From Blepharisma stoltei ATCC 30299 (taxonomy: Eukaryota; Protista; Ciliophora): a DNA stretch of 64,000 nt. The stretch's first letter is position 1. Each line of letters opens with the position of its first letter. The stretch lies in assembly GCA_965603825.1 (NCBI GenBank), contig CBFDEM010000018.1:496001-560000 (forward strand), written 5' to 3'. A program made the position numbers and the translations under genes. The notes under the pieces were generated by a model. The model was not told the DNA's origin. It saw only the letters and a program-made list of their open reading frames with translations, and did not search any database. Positions 60,934 to 64,000 of this stretch are shown here, one piece after another.

Positions 60934-62624
60934 TTAGTTTATCTTTCGGTAAAACACCAAATAAAGGCAATCCCAATCAGGGTTTCGCCATTTAACCATT
61001 GAATCGTTAAATTCCTTCCATAAGCCTCTTTTATCATCTTTAACAAACGCTATAAAATGGTTTCCATAATAACATATCGCTCCAAATATATTATATCTGA
61101 ACTCTTCAGCAACTAAATTAGGATATGGGTTTTGTCTGATTTGAGATGGCTTTTGAGATGGTGGCAGATAGAACACCAAAATATTAGGCCAATTAATACT
61201 ACAACATTTTGCAAATCTCCCTGCTTGTCTTTAGGAACAACCAAAAAATTGTTTTCTTCAGGATTATTTGATTGATGGCCTATAGAGCAGGTAAATGCTT
61301 GAGTCTTGGTTAATGCAAACTGTTTACTGTTGGGGCTGAGCTGGTCTGCTTCATATGCAATAATACTAAAAAGTTCTTTTGCATCGTTTTCTATAGGACC
61401 TTTAAACTAAATTTTTTTTACCATAGGATATTCTTGAGCAATTATATTTCTAAAAGCAACCAAGTATGACACTGTATCAAGAGCTAAAGAGTGGTGTGAT
61501 AAAAGTACGGAAATCACATTTTTAAGGGCAGCTAATAGAGGAGAGCTTGCTGAATCTTCAATGGCTGCATTAAATTCAGGAATGCTTGCAAGTATCTGTA
61601 TTACAGAATTCATATAGCAAGAATTCCCAATGTTCATTAACCCGACATTCCTATCAATTTCTAACTTGCTCTCATTCTGTTCCTTTTCAGGTATTTTTGC
61701 AATTTTTGATTTATCATTATTTTCCAGGGGTTTTTTGGCATTCTGTGTGCCATCATGGATTGCAGGTATTTTAGGAGATGTGATAGATTCACTAAGATCA
61801 TCTGAATTTTCAGTCTCTTTGGGCGTCATTTTTGGAGGGGTATTATTTCTTGACTCAGCTTGGTCTTTTTGTGCTATCGAAATATTTGGATTAGATTGAA
61901 TTTTTTTACTTTTAGAGCTTCGCTTTTCTTTTTTCGGACTTTCTAACTTACTCTCAATCTGCTCTTTTTCAGGTATTTTTGGGATTTCTGCTTTATCATT
62001 ATTTTCCAAGGGTTTTTTGGTATTCAGTGTGCCATCATGGATTAAAGGTATTTTAGGAGGTGTGATAGATTCACTAAGATCACCTGAATTTTCAGTCTCT
62101 TTGGAAATCATTTTTGGAGGGGTATTATTTCTTGACTCAACTTGGTCTTTTTGTACTATCGAAATATTTGGAGTAGATTGAATTTTTTTACTTTTCGAGC
62201 TTGGCTTTTCTTTTTTCAGACGTTTAGAACTTATTGTCTTACCGTCATCAGAATATATAATTGCTAGGATTTCTTCATTGAGGCCTTCCTTTGAGTTTGG
62301 CTGGATGCTGCTTTCAGGATATTGAGGCTCATTCATTCCTGGCAGCTCAGAAGGTAATTCAGGATTTTCAAGTTTTACATTATTTTCCAGAGAAGACTCT
62401 TTTTGTCTCGGCTCCTGATTTTCTTGCTTATTTTTTTGATTTTGCTTATAACTTTCAGGAAATTGAGGCATATTCATTTTTCCTTCAGGATTTTCAAATT
62501 TTACATCCGTTTTCAGTAAAGGTTTGATTTGTCTTGGCTGCTCATTTTCTTTTATATTTTTTGGATTTTTCTTATAATTTTTAGGAAAACAATTGCAGCA
62601 AGTAGAATCTTCTTCATCTGTCAT
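60934..62624 (-). pseudogene. USP paralog F with long repetitive N-terminus; intron 61407-61421; frameshifting internal deletion near 61228
   Basis: GLMNIGNSCYMNSVIQ, ENDAKE, GNHFIAF...WKEFNDS, LYLVFYRK; the segment containing the second CxxC is absent relative to paralogs. Confidence 0.72.
61661..62217 (-). repeat. 282-nt (94-aa) intragenic tandem duplication in USP F
   Basis: KKEK.SSKSKKIQS.PNISI.QKDQ.ESRNNTPPKM...IHDGT.N.KKPLENNDK...IPEKEQ.ESKLE twice. Confidence 0.92.
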
Positions 62625-62694
62625 TTCTTCAGCAATGCTTGGAATTCTATAATTTATATACATTTCTTGTAAAAACAATTGTAGAATCCTAAAA

Positions 62695-64000
62695 ATGTCA
62701 AACTCCTCAAATATCCGTGCTGCAATTATTATCATAAAATCGCTCAGTCAGTTTATTGATATTCAAGTCATTCAAAATACCTTCTCAGAATTTATTGATT
62801 TATTACTTAGTGAAGATCCTTTTATTCTAAATCTGAATAATCTTTATAGCAGAATATATCAATGTGGAGATTTATTTAATAAGTCTGTTAGTGACTGCTT
62901 AGAGATTTTAGTAAGCTATTTAGGATGCGCCAATAATTATCAAACAAATTTTGTAGTGATGGATTATCAATGGCCATTTTATTTTAACAAATCAGAGTTA
63001 TATGTAAAAATTGCAAGCTTTACAAATCAATCAGGGCTATTGTATTGCTATTGAGATGGAAAGTGAATGAATTTAGGCATATCCTCTCCTCAGAATACGA
63101 TTAAAGAAAAACCTTATAATGTTTATTGAAAATTCAGAGATCCCTATTATGCTTTAGATGATTTTATATTAAATACAAATCCTTCTCAATTATTATCAGA
63201 CTGGGTTTCAAAAAACCCAAAAAGGACACTAGGCAACACAAACACAATGCCCGCTTTAACTTCCAGTGAATATTTAGCAAGGTTTGAGAAGGAAATCGCT
63301 GAATTGAGGAATCAGGTTCAAATTAAGGATCAAAAGATTCATGAATTAGAAACTGAAAATAAAAATGCAATAGAAGACATGCTTCAACAATTGCAAAGCA
63401 AAAATCAAGTTAACCCATATGCATCCCAAAGCATTAGTTCAATTGTGATAAATAATCCTGTAGAGCTAGTGGCTGCTTTAAAAAGCCCGTCAAAGCATCC
63501 GTTGCCTAATTACGGAAACACTTGTTATTTAAATGCAATAGTCCAAGTCTTAGCAAGTATGAATATTTTCATTATAGAGCTGATAAAAGCGAAAGGCCCA
63601 ACCTTAAAATTGTTAAGAAATTTACTTATAGATATGAGATTGCCAAACAAACGAAATGAAGCCGGTTTAGGGATCAAACAGCTTAAGTATGATCTGAGCA
63701 TTGAATTCCCCAGTGTAATTATAAATTAGCTTAATACCAATGACCAGCAAGACTCAACAGAAGTACTAGGAATGATTTTTAACAAGTTTGAAGAAGAGTT
63801 CCCGAATAGCATCTTATTTGTGACTAATTCTGTTCAGACATTTAAATGCAAGTATCATGACTACAGTAGCATAATTAAAGACTCAGACACTTTTTTAGTA
63901 ATTCCTCCGCTTTTTTACAGCAATGTTGAAGAATACCTTCAAAGTTGAAAAAACCCAACAATTTTCAGCGACAACGATTTATTAAAATGTGACTTATGTG
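62695..64000 (+). CDS. USP paralog E (degenerate N-terminal domain + coil + USP), 3'-truncated by window; intron 63715-63729
   Basis: Track ORFs join via TGA=W; LPNYGNTCYLNAIVQVLAS, DQQDSTE after splicing. Confidence 0.82.

Overview
AT-rich, very gene-dense eukaryotic DNA from a heterotrich ciliate, most likely Blepharisma-type macronuclear DNA. In-frame TGA repeatedly falls on conserved Trp positions (UGA=Trp; TAA/TAG stop). Genes are interrupted by 15-16 nt GTA...YAG introns with an invariant A six nt from the 3' end, so the supplied standard-code ORF track fragments many genes; the models below are re-joined by hand. Positions 1-49 kb hold mostly housekeeping or ciliate-family genes: acyl-CoA oxidase, two CDPKs, Hsp90 (with a 1-nt frameshift), phosphomannomutase, INTS2-like, RING-H2, LITAF, CFAP210-like, LONRF, Brl1/Brr6, Dim1, ETF-QO, RPP30, RPC4, a PAS membrane protein and a DMT transporter. 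This part also has an apparent F-box/cullin-repeat fusion and a small duplicated micropeptide cluster. The most striking region is 50-64 kb, where every recognisable gene belongs to the ubiquitin system. It contains a polyubiquitin ending in a non-conjugatable ubiquitin variant, two genes of a divergent 77-aa ubiquitin-like family (a tri-UBL and a di-UBL ending GG plus a propeptide), and at least seven paralogous minimal USP deubiquitinase genes or relics (active, catalytically dead or decaying). The six with a readable central region share one intron position. This looks like a fast-evolving, lineage-specific UBL-modifier/deconjugase locus. All homology calls are from motif recognition by eye, not database searches.
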